Assembly: GCF_033153115.1 (NCBI RefSeq)
Contig: NW_026889777.1
Coordinates: 3,782,001-3,846,000, forward strand
Length of the DNA: 64,000 nt
Source: Saccostrea echinata
Lineage: Eukaryota
Direction: 5' to 3'
Below are positions 11,535 to 23,900 of the stretch, piece after piece. The first letter of the stretch is position 1, and the number at the start of each line of letters is the position of its first letter. The position numbers were made by a program, and so were the translations under genes. The notes under the pieces are model-generated. The model searched no databases. It had not been told where the DNA came from and worked only from the letters and a program-made list of their open reading frames with translations.

Positions 11535-12670
11535 TTTTTATGCCACCATAATCAGAGATTTTGAGGCATAGTGTTTTGGTCTGTCTGTTCACAAAAACTT
11601 TAACTTTGCCCACAACTTTTGAATGGTTGGTGCTAAGACTTCATATTTATCATGTGTATTCCTTGTGACAAGATCTTTCTTTGGGTATCAACATTTCTGA
11701 CCTTATGACTTTGACCTACAAGTTTGACTTATTTTTTTGTAAAACATGAACCAATTCTAACCTTAGCAAATACTTCTGAACCAGGGATCGACATTAACGG
11801 TTGTCCAATTGCCCGGGGCAAGTAAATTCCCAGTTCGGGCAAGTGAAAATGCCAATGTACTTGTCCGATTGGGCAAGTGAATATTTCCGATAGAAACATT
11901 TTTTTTTCCAAATCTTGCATTAGTTTTAAACGAAACAATAACACTTTCCGCCAAGAACATATCAAGAATAGTTTCTTAACATGAATAGTTTATTTTTTCA
12001 CTCACAGAACACCAGTTATTCTCTGCACACAATGTATTCTGATCAGGATATGTATGTTTCAAAACATGGCAACTGTTTTCCTTTAGTGTGGCCTCAGTTT
12101 TCCAGAGAAAAAAATCAAAATAATATATATATTTAAGATGTAAATTTTATTTTAAAGAAAATATATACTGCTGCATGGCAGTGCGAGTTTTCAGGATAAA
12201 TGAAAGGACAGTGGTATACATGTACAGTATTTACAATTGTAGGATCAGCGACACATCAACATTTTTTCTTGGCAGTTAACGTGCCGATAGAAAGTACTTT
12301 ATCACACATAAATTAAATTACCCGTATTTTCTTCTTTCTAAGGTTTGGGCAACCAAGTTTTGCATTCAGACAAGTCAAAATTTGAGTTCACTTGCCCATA
12401 GGATAAGTGAATATGAAAGTTAATGTCTATCCCTGTGAACACTTGGTGATAGGGCATTAATATTTCACATGTATATTCATTTTGACATGAGCTTTGAGTA
12501 CCATATTATTTTTGACCTTGTGACCTTGACATTAGAGTTTGGCCTACTTTTGAAAAACTTATTTTTGACATTGTGACCTTGGCTTTGGAATTTGACCTAC
12601 TTCTTAACTTTTATCTTAGCCATGAGCCACCATACAAAGGCATCAGTTTTTCATAAACACATTTTGTTTG
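11535..12670 (+). mobile_element. Non-autonomous Helentron/Helitron-type element (interrupted by the 11782-12435 insertion)
   Basis: TTTTTATGCCACC...GGCATAGTGTTTTGGTCTGTCTG 5' end; TGACCTTG core repeats; GGCATCAG...AAACACATTTTGTTT 3' end. Confidence 0.55.
11782..12435. mobile_element. Non-autonomous DNA transposon, CAGG termini, 5-bp TSD (hAT5-like)
   Basis: CAGGGATCGACATTAAC...GTTAATGTCTATCCCTG; TSD TGAAC on both sides. Confidence 0.85.
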
Positions 12671-12948
12671 AGTTGGTAAATCTACTAGGACTTTTACATT
12701 CATGTGGCTACATTAACACATAAAAGCATATATTCTACTTGTTTGTAGATTTCCTTATTATAAGGGTATAAGTGTTATTTTGTTTACGTATGTTGTCTTC
12801 CTTCATTTGATAAATATATAGGATAGATCATAAAAGAAAACTTCTAAATTTAATTATTAGTTCCTCAGAATGTTTGAAAGCATACAGTTGTATTTTTATG
12901 TAATTTTCAATGTGTTAGATATCATAGAACTTTGAATATCTATTTTAG

Positions 12949-13085
12949 GATTTGCCAGAAGAGACGGTTAGATGAGAGGGTCAAAGGTGACTGGGGAGAG
13001 AGATGTGTCGACTTGTTTAACATTATAGAAATCATTGGGGAGGGAACTTACGGTCAGGTGTACAAGGCTAAAGACACCTTCACAG
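12949..13085 (+). CDS. CDK12: CDK12/13 exon 4 ([10 protein letters not shown], Gly-rich loop [12 protein letters not shown])
   Basis: Manual translation [45 protein letters not shown]; ttttag| and |gtaagt boundaries. Confidence 0.95.
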
Positions 13086-13403
13086 GTAAGTTCCTATAGT
13101 ATGACTGGACAAAGCTGCCATTAAAGGAGTAACTCCTACATAACTGTCTAAGATGATTGCCTCTGGCAACTATAAATTGATAAAAAAAAAAAATCCAAGT
13201 TAAAAATTGAAGTTCAGGGGGCCTGTATGCAAAAAAAAAAATTATATATATATATATATATATAAAACTAGCAAGTATTTTGTGGACAACTGAAAGCTTA
13301 TCTCAATGTATTCCTGTTCACTAAGAAAGGTTTTGAAGGATTTTATTAAAGTTGAGAAAGGAATTCCCTGCACTCTAATGTATCATTACTTTTGTTTTTG
13401 TAG

Positions 13404-13574
13404 ATGAATTGGTAGCCTTGAAAAAAGTAAGACTGGAAAATGAAAAAGAGGGATTTCCCATCACTGCTGTACGTGAAATAAAAATCCTTCGGCAGCTTAA
13501 TCACCCCAACATAGTTAACCTGAAAGAAATAGTCACAGATAAACAGGATGCCTTAGACTTTAAAAAGGACAAAG
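13404..13574 (+). CDS. CDK12: CDK12/13 exon 5 (VALKK, PITAVRE helix)
   Basis: [56 protein letters not shown]; canonical AG/GT. Confidence 0.96.
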
Positions 13575-13783
13575 GTAAGGAAAGCTAAGTATCACACAAT
13601 AATGACATGCATGTTACTTTCTCTACTAGTAGAATGTTGTAATACTGAAAGATAGTCAGTGAAGGTGTGAAAATAAAATCAGAGCAAAAATCTGTTTACA
13701 GTAATAGTTATGATTCAATTTCAATCCCCCCCCCCCCCCCCCCAATTCCATGATGTCCTACAAGTATGCTTTTAATTGCACAG

Positions 13784-13973
13784 GTGCATTTTATTTGGTG
13801 TTTGAGTACATGGATCACGACTTGATGGGACTCCTCGAGTCAGGAATGTGCCATTTAAAAGAAGAACATGTGGCGTCTTTCACCAAACAGCTCCTGGATG
13901 GATTGAACTATTGCCACAAAAAGAATTTCCTACACAGAGATATCAAATGCTCCAATATATTGCTGAATAACAG
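13784..13973 (+). CDS. CDK12: CDK12/13 exon 6 (hinge FEYMDHDL, catalytic HRDIKCSN)
   Basis: [21 protein letters not shown]...[17 protein letters not shown]; canonical AG/GT. Confidence 0.96.
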
Positions 13974-14334
13974 GTAAGTCAGTGGTGCAAAAATATTCAT
14001 TCGTATTTATGATTTTCACTTTTTGAATGCATTTTTAGTCTTACTTGCAGGAAATTGTCATAGGCCTAAGGCCTGTATGTCTGTCTGAATATTGGAGTCT
14101 GTATTTATTGCATATGTATTTTTTGTGATTATTTATTTTTCCTCTCAAGACATTCAACTGTGATGAATGTGATTCAGCATGCATAACCTTCATTGTATTC
14201 TTTTCTGACAAAAAATTACGTTATTTGTAAGTTCTTGAATGTCACTTCTCTTGGAAGTTTTCTGCAGGTAGAAAATCTTTGTCGATCTGCCAGTGGAGGC
14301 AGACATTGCCGTAACTAAATGTGCTTTGTTACAG

Positions 14335-14496
14335 GGGTCAGATTAAATTAGGAGACTGGGGATTGGCTCGTCTGTATGAGGCGGATGATAAAGACAGATT
14401 GTACACAAACAAAGTGATCACACTGTGGTACAGACCCCCAGAACTTTTACTGGGTGAGGAGAGATATGGACCTGCCATAGATATATGGAGTATTGG
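14335..14496 (+). CDS. CDK12: CDK12/13 exon 7 (DWG motif, T-loop [14 protein letters not shown])
   Basis: [54 protein letters not shown]; ttacag| and |gtaatg. Confidence 0.96.
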
Positions 14497-14710
14497 GTAA
14501 TGTTATTATATACACCTTTATTACTTCTTAAAGATTCAATCAGAAATCGATTGAAATCGGTTAGAATTTTTTTGCTTCTGTGAACAGATTTAAGGATTTT
14601 GTTGAAATAGACTTAAGTATCTTGTTGAAATAGATTAAAGTTGGACTTTTTGCATGGAAGTTGCAAAGTGACATAACATTACATTAGAATGTCTGTTTGG
14701 TGAATTTCAG

Positions 14711-14905
14711 GTGCATTTTAGGGGAGTTGTTTACAAGGAAGCCAATATTCCAGGCAGGTCAAGAGTTTGCTCAATTGGAGCTTATCAGCAAGACCTGTGG
14801 CTCACCCTGCCCTGCTGTGTGGCCAGATGTCATTAAACTGCCCCTGTTCCACACATACAAACCCAAGAAACAGTACAGAAGGCGGCTAAGAGAGGAATTT
14901 TCTTT
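14711..14905 (+). CDS. CDK12: CDK12/13 exon 8 (kinase C-lobe)
   Basis: [15 protein letters not shown]...[16 protein letters not shown]...[12 protein letters not shown]; canonical AG/GT. Confidence 0.96.
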
Positions 14906-15090
14906 GTAAGCAGTTCAGTTCAATAATAAAAAAAATTTCATGAAAAAAATCTGACTCTTCAAAACACTCAAGTTCATGTTACTAGACTGCTATTTATTAC
15001 AAGATAACAAGTTAAGTATTATATATATATATTGATAAATTTTTGTATATGAATTCAGATATTTGACTTTACAAGTTTATTTTCTTGCAG

Positions 15091-15222
15091 CCTGCCAAAG
15101 ACAGCTTTGGATTTAATGGACCAAATGTTAGAACTGGATCCATCCAAGAGAATCACAGCTGAGGCGGCTCTTATTTGCCCCTGGCTGAGGGAGGTGGATC
15201 CCATGAGAATACCCCCTCCAGA
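15091..15222 (+). CDS. CDK12: CDK12/13 exon 9 (end of kinase domain)
   Basis: [43 protein letters not shown]; ttgcag| and |gtaaga. Confidence 0.95.
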
Positions 15223-15471
15223 GTAAGATTGCTGAATAAATTGCTTCAAATTTTGTAAAATTTAATTGGCTCATAATTTTACTTGTGAGAATTTGTTCAT
15301 AAACATGTGTTTTTTGATGCTATGAATAGACCATTTGACCATTTCCAAAAGTAAGAATTTCATGTTTCAGAAATACATGATAAAGAAAAAAATCTTTTCT
15401 TCTTACAGAATGAATTTATATAACATTTTGTTGACGATTTTATTTCATTAGTATGCATTTCTTCCCAATAG

Positions 15472-16717
15472 TCTACCTAAAGATCAAGACTGTCATGAAA
15501 TGTGGTGCAAAAATAGGAAAAAGCATATGAAAGAGGCACAGAAGAGAGGAGAGGATTCTTCTTCAACTCAATCCAGCACCACCAAAGTGGCATCTAGTGG
15601 TTCAAACTCCAGCATAGGAAAGACTGAAGGAAAAGATGTTAGGCGAGCCTTGTCTAGTGACAGGACACTGCCACCAAAGACCAAACCCTCAGCTACAGGG
15701 GCTAACAGCACAAACAAGACTCCAGTGGGGATCTTTAATAGAAAAGACAAAGTTGGTGGTGCCTCGGGGATTCCAGGACTAGATGTGGCTGCCCAAGAGC
15801 AGCAGATAGAGGCTCCACCTACAGGAGAAAATGAGGTGAAGGAGGTTGTGGCCCCTGTCAGTAATCAGCTGTCACAGATGATATCACTGCTTCAGAAAGG
15901 CATGTCCGTTCCTGATGTGGCCAAGAGTGTGAATGTGACATTGGATGAACAAACTCAACAACTGATGAGTAATCTTAATGCTCAACTCATGCTTGCAGCA
16001 CAGTTATCTACAGATCAAGCAGCTGCAGTACCTCCAAGTCAGCCAGAAACCTCTGTGAGCCAAATCCCTTATCCTTCTGAGGGATACCGGCAAGATTATG
16101 GAAATCATAGTTCAAGCAATATGTTTGGGGGGGCCAAAGGGGGTGGGTCAGTGGAGGGTAATCCTAGTTTGTACAGTCAGGACTCAAATTCAGGGATGGG
16201 GAGTGAAAATGCAGGAGTGAAAGCTGCCTTAGCTCAGCTGTTGGCTCAGCAGGGAATGCGAGTGAGCCTGGGAGGAACAGAGATATCTGCATCTGAAACC
16301 CGAGTGAGTCACACCGATACATACAGTAAGCCAGAACCTAGCTACTATTCTGATAGACCTGACTACAGTAGATCTGGAAGCTACGCTGGTGGAAGTATTT
16401 ACTCTGATGAAGGTTCTAGGGGAGGTTACTCCTCTAGTGGCGACAGCTACGGTGCGCAGTATAATCCCCCTAGTGGTGGATCTGGTGGAGCGGGCTATTA
16501 CGGACAGTATCCTGGAGAAGGAAGACCACCTAAGTCATATGCAGAAGCAGCTCAAGGTGTTCCTAAACAACCCAGGAGTATACTGAAGAATAAATCATCT
16601 AGTTCAGCACTGCCTGCAAAGCCTGCTTTGGATCCTCCTATAAATCCAAGAGGGGGTTATCCCCCACTCCCCTCGGGACACAGTGGGCATTCTAGGGGTG
16701 GAAGGGGAGGTTGGTAA
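15472..16717 (+). CDS. CDK12: CDK12/13 exon 10 (DCHE extension, polybasic cluster, low-complexity C-terminus, stop)
   Basis: caatag|T CTA CCT; LPKDQDCHEMWCKNRKK matches the CDK12/13 kinase extension; the ten exons sum to 3693 nt = 1230 aa + stop. Confidence 0.93.
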
Positions 16718-19700
16718 ATAGTTGGACTTTTTCCTTCATTTTAAATATTGTTTCCTCTGGGGTCAAGTGGATGTTGGGGTGAAAAAAAGGTTAGGTCTTT
16801 GTTTTTTGTTTTTTTTTTTTTAGAATTAGTCTGATACATTAAGATTTGTACAGCAGTAGGAACAGCCCACTTTGAGAATAATATTTGGTGCTAGTATTAA
16901 AGGAAACAAATTGTGGAGGATGCTGAGCTTTGAGACAGTTGCATGTGTTTGTTTACTCTCGAAATATGTTATATTCTCTCTGTGATTTCCAATTGGTCCA
17001 CTCTGAAGTACTATATTTACTATATTTTAACCTTATTGATTAATGACAATGAAAGACATTTTAGCAACCTCTAGTTGTAAAAGGCAAAGGATAAAAGTCA
17101 ACTAAGATAAAGTGTTTGTAGAAAGTTGGGGTCCATGGCTTTTGAATGTATTTAAGCTTGTAATGAAGTTAAAAATGTATTTTGTTTAGTGTGTAAAGAT
17201 AAATATTTTTTTTTGCAGTTTGCATGAGAGTAAGAGAGAGAGGGTGTGTGTGTTTGGGTTGTTGGAAGAGTTTTTATTTAAGTGGTTTTCTTCATGAAGG
17301 TATTGTGAAGTTGTATGCAATATAGTTCATCAAGAACAGTTCTTACAAAGTCCATGTGGAGAACACTCAGACAGCTCGAAAATATATGTTAGATATAATG
17401 CAGAGGGCATATTTATACCTAAAAAAAATCTCTGAATTGTACATGTGTGAACTGAAATAAAATTTCAACCTGTTTGCTCTTCTCATCTTGTTCTTTCAGG
17501 AGAGGATGTGCATAATTTTGGTTCGGTGTATATATGCTTCTAGAGTTAAGTTCTTAATGATTCTGCTTGGACTCTTCTTTTAGTAAACAGCTATATTTTG
17601 AAAACTTGACATTTATGAAAATTGTGAGCTTTTTTGTTTGGAAAAAATAAATTTAAAAATAATGAATAAATGGTAAAGAGAGAAAGAAACTTAAATTGAA
17701 ATTATTCTGATTTAAAGAGAAAAATTGATGTTTATTTGAAGTAGCATTGATTAAGAACTTGCTCAAATAGTAAACAAACATGCCTTTTGTGCAGACATGA
17801 AATTTTCCCTTGTACAACTTGAGCTTTGTATTATCCCTGTTTAGAATTGTCATGCTTTGGAAATTTGTTTTGGATAAAAAGATGTTTACTGTTGTAATAT
17901 TGTTCATTTGTGAATTCAAGTATGTTTATTACATTTGATAAAAGAACAAGCAATGGGCAAATTATGAGAGTTAATTTTCATTTGGTAAAATTGTAAGTAT
18001 TACTTAACTGTATTACTTAACTAAAAGTATAGGTCTCATTAAAAAGCAAAAAAAAAAAAAAAAAAAAAAAAATTACAATGAGTAATAAGCTTAATTTTTG
18101 TACATCTTTCTCTAATAAATGAAAGACTTGAAAATGCATAAAAGCTTGCCTAGCTAGAGGAATTTCTTGATTACCTTGTAACTTGTTCCTTTATCAGATT
18201 TATTGATTTCAATATGAATTTTGTGCTTGTTATTCAAAATTTATAGATGTATATATTTTAAAAACGTAATCTATTGTCAAGATACATGCATATGTATATG
18301 TGATTAGGGACACTATCTTTGTGACTAGTATCAAGGAACTGATGCTATGATATGAAACCTAATAGTTCAGTTGATGCCTTGACCTACTATAAGCAAGTCA
18401 TTCCCTCCAGGTTGTACATATTTTTAATTTGACTCTTGGAACTCTCTTAAAAAAAAGGGGGGGGGTTAAAGATTTTTAGGCAATTTTAGATATTAAAGAT
18501 TTTTTTTTTTTTACTGAAATATTTCAATTAATAAAAAAGTTAATTGATTTCATTATTAATTACATGGATAAAACGCTGAAATTTACTTGTGGATCAAACA
18601 TGATGATCATAGATAAGATGTTGTAAATTCTGAAATTGTACCCTGTGAGTGTCTGAAAATTCTTCTTCATAATATCATGGTCTATTCTTGTTTAGACAGT
18701 CACACACACACAAAAATCATTAAATGATTTTTACATTTTTTTAAAAATTCATTTGGGGGGGGGGGGGGGGGAATGATAGTTTCCATATTGCTTACATTTT
18801 TGTTGGAACCTAAGGAACGAGGAACTGATGATTGAATCATTGGATTAAATATGGTCATTTGTATTACTGCTTCATAGTGTCAATATATCTTTTCTTAACT
18901 GATGTTATACATGTACCATAATTGCTGCAAAAACTAATGTCATTTGTAAAGCTATTGTGTCCATCTCTGACAAGGGCAAGTTTTATAGGAGTTATCTCCA
19001 CTTTATATCTAAATTATTAATATAGGAAGTAAAGTTTTTTTTTTTAATTCTTTTTTTAAATTGATGCCATACTACAACTCCAGTAAGTTTGTTTGGAAAT
19101 ATCAGTATGTTTGAAATTTTGTTATGTTGACACAATAGCTAGCGATGAAAATTGTATTATTTGTTGATTAAAATTTGAAGCAAACCTGAAAGAAGAGGCG
19201 TAGTCAAAATGAGGAATGCTATGGCACATGGAACCCTGATAAAAGAGACAATTGCTAAAGTAGGAAATGTTCAAGACTACAAGACTGAAATACTTAACAT
19301 GGACCAAAAAAAACAAAGCTCTCTAGGATTTTGATCTGTGTTTAATTCAGTGTTGTGTGGAATTGAATTGTGATAGTGCATTCTGGAGATTTTTTCGATT
19401 GCTGGTTAAAGGAAGTTGTAATTGTTGAATAATGGCAGATAAATGATAAATGGACAATCACGATTGCACTGCTATGTATCTGAAGCTCAGGTCTGGGGCC
19501 ACGTAGAAGATTAAGGTGGGTTTTGACCACTAATCGAGGTCTTCGGACCCTCTAATTAGTGGCGTTATTGTTTTCATGCATGGGGAGAATTTCATGTGTA
19601 ATTTCTCCCTGGATTTCTTTTCCCAAAATTAGATAATTTTTTTTTTTAGATATTTATTATTTAATTTATATGTTTTTAAAAAAAAATTAGGGTGCAAAAA

Positions 19701-20644
19701 CTGAAGTTCTGCGTATTTCAAAATTGAGATTATGTTGAAAATGAAGCACTTGCTATAAATCTTGATATATTTCGATGTGCTACGCTGATTGTGAAAAAAA
19801 AAATTGATTGCCCCAAAATTTTCTTAAGTCCCAAATTTAAATGAAGTGACTAACACAAACCTGGTCATAAAATAAAAACTAGAATGTAACTTCAGACAAA
19901 ACATGGAAACGTGTACTTTTGGACATTCTATTAAATAAAACATGAAGGGAAATAGTGAAAAAATATACTTGATGGAAAATGCGGAAGAATTCAGAACTTG
20001 CCATTTGTCAAAGGGGCAAAACTCTTACAAATGACATGCTCTTCATATTTTGACAGCTCATTCTCTACATTAAAGAAATTCTCTCTGAAGTAAGCCAGTA
20101 ATTTAAAAAAAAAAAAATTAATTATTTTATTTTATTTATTTTTTGAGAAGAAAATTATGAAATATGCAATTATTTCTTCAATGGAAAGAGGATTAGCTGC
20201 CAGTCATATAACAATAAATATTAGTAAATAGCTGTTTAAAACAAAAACCTGGAAGAATTTTGAAGAAGGTGCTGAGCTGAGGAGCAGTCCTCCAAAAATG
20301 TGAGTACCAAGGACGTTTATAAGTCCTTTTTTTCTATGCATCAGTTTTTTTCATGGTTGTTGTGGTTAATTGTGTTCTTTATCATGTTTATGTATTGGTG
20401 TACTTTTCTGGAGCAGTTGTGCAATTCTGACTTGAATTTTGATGGCAATGTAGCATTTGCAATTGAAGATAACCTGATAGTTTTAATTTTTGGAATAGCC
20501 TCATTTCTGGAATGCTTATGGATGAGTTAAGTGTGTGTGGAATTGCTGTTGATTTGACGGGTAAAAATGGAAATTCCATGATTTAGAATGTCATGTTTTG
20601 GGAGGTTCTAGTGTTCATTGATGGGATGTGACTTGTACAATGTT

Positions 20645-20933
20645 TGTGGTGTTCAGACGGGTTCTATTGTCACTGGCCAGATGACTTGGTAGAGCACCTG
20701 AATGGAGATTCAGTAGGTTTGAATCCTGGTATGTCTCCCTTATCTGTTACATTTGGTGCTGTGCCATCGATGCTCTTGAAGTGACAGGTGAAAGTCCTGC
20801 TAGAAAAGAGTCTGGGTTGATTTGATCATCAGAGGCCAGATAGCTCAGTTGGTAGAGCACCTGACTGGAAATTCAGGGGACCAGGGTTCAAATCCTGGTC
20901 TGGTCCATTGCATTTTTCTCCCTCATCTGTTAA
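20645..20933 (+). mobile_element. TRIM-like mini LTR element with a tRNA-like cassette in its terminal repeats
   Basis: Two direct repeats (about 20645-20751 and 20821-20933); first ends TGTTACA and is followed by PBS-like TTTGGTGCTGTG; related PBS/internal/PPT pieces at about 22067-22170 and 22490-22596. Confidence 0.6.
20834..20906 (+). pseudogene. tRNA-like sequence inside the TRIM terminal repeat (not a canonical tRNA gene)
   Basis: GGCCAGA/TCTGGTC acceptor stem; A box TAGCTCAGTTGGTAGAGC; B box GGTTCAAATCC; 8-nt anticodon loop and a T-stem mismatch. Confidence 0.6.
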
Positions 20934-23900
20934 GTTCCAACTTGTTATGCCTGTAAGACATGAAAATATAAAGGAGCAGTTCTAAATTTGAGAAGAAAAT
21001 GCTCTGTAGATCTATTGCATTTATGCAAGAGGTAGGGTGAAACTTCAATATTGCAATCGTGGAAGGACAAGGATAAGATTTGAATGTTTTTGTATGATCT
21101 AGATCATTGACATACCAGTATTCCAACTATTCCATGTCTGTGAAAACTGGAAAAAAAAAAAATTATGATCTTGTTCTTGGTCAACTGTTGTGAGGTTATT
21201 CCTGACTTAGTTGGCCCAAGGCTACAGAAAATATTTGATGAAAATGCTGGAAATGATTTGTTTCACAAATGCTTCATGTGTGAAAAGGCTGTTTGGTATA
21301 TGTGAAATGAAACATTTTTGGTACTTGGTAGATCTAGCCTAATCTTGTATAGATTTCATGATTTATTTACCAATCTGTTAGAGGCAGTTGGGTTGTTTTG
21401 TTTTGTTTTTTTGTTAGCCATTGAAAGAGTTGAAGTATGGATGTTTTAGTGTCTTTGATACGGTCAACATGCTGAAAACGTTCTAAAACCCTGTAATTAT
21501 AAGCGTGTCTTTGATGATGGTGGCAGAGCCATATCGCCACTGGCAGGTTTCTGGAGAGGAGGTGAGGATACCACTAAACAAGATAGTTTTTATCCATGGG
21601 TACTATATTAGTGGGTTCTTAAGCATTCTTGAAATCTTTTTTCACATTTTTAAAGAAACCTTGGCAGTCTGTCTTAAAACAGATACATAATGAATTTATT
21701 GATATAATTGATATGATAATTTTTATGAAAAGGGGTGCAAGCTCATCCCACCCCATCCACATCTTTTGACAAGCTTGTAGTTGTGGTCATTGTTCAGGTT
21801 TGTTAAGTGCATCAAGTAGTTTATTTGAGACCAATTTAAAGTTGGGGAGAAAGGGCTTGTCAGTTGCATGCATTTGCTTTCTACTTGGTTGTTAAATCAA
21901 AGTTGTCTTTTGAAAGTGTCCTCAGCGGAGAGGAAATAGGAGAGGGCAAACCATGTAAGTATGGCAGTCAAGGAGGGTTTTTATTGTTTTTAGTGTAAAT
22001 GGAGAGTTACTATCTGTCTCGTGTTCAAGGGACTTAAAATTCATAGCATTTTTCTCAGTCTTATAGTTGGTGCTGTGCAATTCTCTTGAAGTGACACTAA
22101 AAGTCCAGCAGGGAGTAAGCCTGGCTTGTCCTCAAGGGTGAAATTATAAGGAAAGGGAAATGTAGCCATGAAACAGGTTTTGTCTCTTGGAGAGGAAGAC
22201 ATGACAGGTGCAGATCCAGGAAGTTTTTACAGGTGGTGGCTTCAGGGTTCCTATATCAACTTTAACAGATGTCAGACCCAGAAAAATGGGGGTGGGAGGA
22301 TGGGAGAAACAACATTTAATGAATTTTTTCAGTTACATTACTCTCCTTACCATCTTAATTAAGAGAGGGGTCTTTGTTTCCTGTGAGGGGGGAGGGTATC
22401 CAAGGTCAGTTTTTCGTTACATTTATATAGAAATTTTTAAAATTGGAAGGTGGTGGTGGATCCTGATACACCCCCAGATTCATGCATGATTTAAGGAAGG
22501 AGGAATGTGTTTATCTGACAGTTTTTTTCACTAGTGGCCAGTATGCCAGGAGAGCAGTATGGAGATTTCTGGTCCTTGCCAGGGCTGTTTGTTACATTTT
22601 CTCTCTGTAATATGCAAGTAAGAACAAAGTGATTATGCTAATTTTACTCTGTTTAGTATCATGCATTCTTGTGCTGGTTTTATGTCTTCTTGTCGGTTTC
22701 TGTCCAAAGTTGTACATCTTTCTTGACATATGTGGTAATTGCTAGGAATTCTAGTTGTGTTTGAAAATATACAGTTGAACTTCGGTATTATAAAGACATT
22801 CTAGGTATAATGTTGGTCCTGGGATGCATTTAAGAATATTAATTTGAAATGATTCTAATCGGGAGTTCACTCATGATTAGTTTTACCTGTGACATGATTG
22901 TAGAATTCATAGTTGTAATTGTTATTCTGAGATCTATGTTGGCAAACAAGGAAGTTCATTTTTAAAATATTTTTTAGACTTCTCAGGAGGAACAATATGA
23001 TTTGACTTGTGCATTCTCAGAAGCAAGTGTTGGTGATCTCTTTATGTCTTGATGTTCTTATGGATGTGGGAAAACAGTTCAGATGTTAAGGGATTTCAAG
23101 TTGGAATACAACTCGTGGTCTGCTACCTTAAAGGCTTTTAATTGAATGGTTTTAGGCTGTGTTTCTGCCTGAAACTATATATCACCACTTTTGGACTGCA
23201 AGACAGTGGTTGCAGCACTAGCATATTTTAAGTATTTTACTTTGGGGCTGCTTTAAAGAACCAAGATTGTAAAAAGTGTAATCTTCTGCAAATGGTGCTT
23301 GCTCTACATAGCAAACAGATGCAGTTTCTTATTGTATTCAGGTCATTTTCATACATGGAGATCAAAGTTAATAAATCATTTCAAAAATGTAAAAAAGAAA
23401 AAAAAAAAGAAAAAGAAAAGAAAAGAAAAAAAAAGTAGAACAAGTAAATGCAAGGCAAATTTATTATTTGAAAGAAGTTTGAATTTATACCCTTACATGT
23501 AACACAGAGTCAGGTGGCACTTGGTGAATAACATTCTTTAACTTTTAATAAAATTTTCTACCTTTACTTCATTTACCTAAAATGGTACATGAATGGACTA
23601 CCCAGGCAGGCAATGAATGAGATCCATCAAATTGGTTTTTGTAGCTTGCTTTGTACCCTTACAAAAAGTGTTTTAGAAAATTCTCAGCAAGATGTGTTTT
23701 GAGGTCCATTTTTCAAACATATTTGCTTCCTGGAGCAGCAATTTCATGTTTCAAAGGGAGCAATTTAGTATTTCACCGAAATCTCTAGAGGAAGTTATTG
23801 CATTGTCCAACTAAGTACTTGTTTTCAAGTGCATGGGTCTCTGAGGATGAAGTTTGTTCAAGGTACTTTGAAATTCTTTACATGTAACAACTCACACATC

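Noticed and set aside
14160-14208. Box C/D snoRNA (GTGATGA...CTGA) in CDK12 intron 6
   Set aside because: Only 49 nt, minimal terminal stem, no recognisable guide; likely chance in AT-rich DNA
14920-15240. Intronic AATAAA signals in CDK12 as regulated intronic polyadenylation
   Set aside because: AATAAA is expected frequently at this AT content; no supporting evidence
18048-18072. Poly(A) run as a retrocopy tail
   Set aside because: No TSD or processed-gene body; simple homopolymer
20834-20906. Functional tRNA gene
   Set aside because: 8-nt anticodon loop, T-stem mismatch, and embedded in a repeated TRIM-like unit
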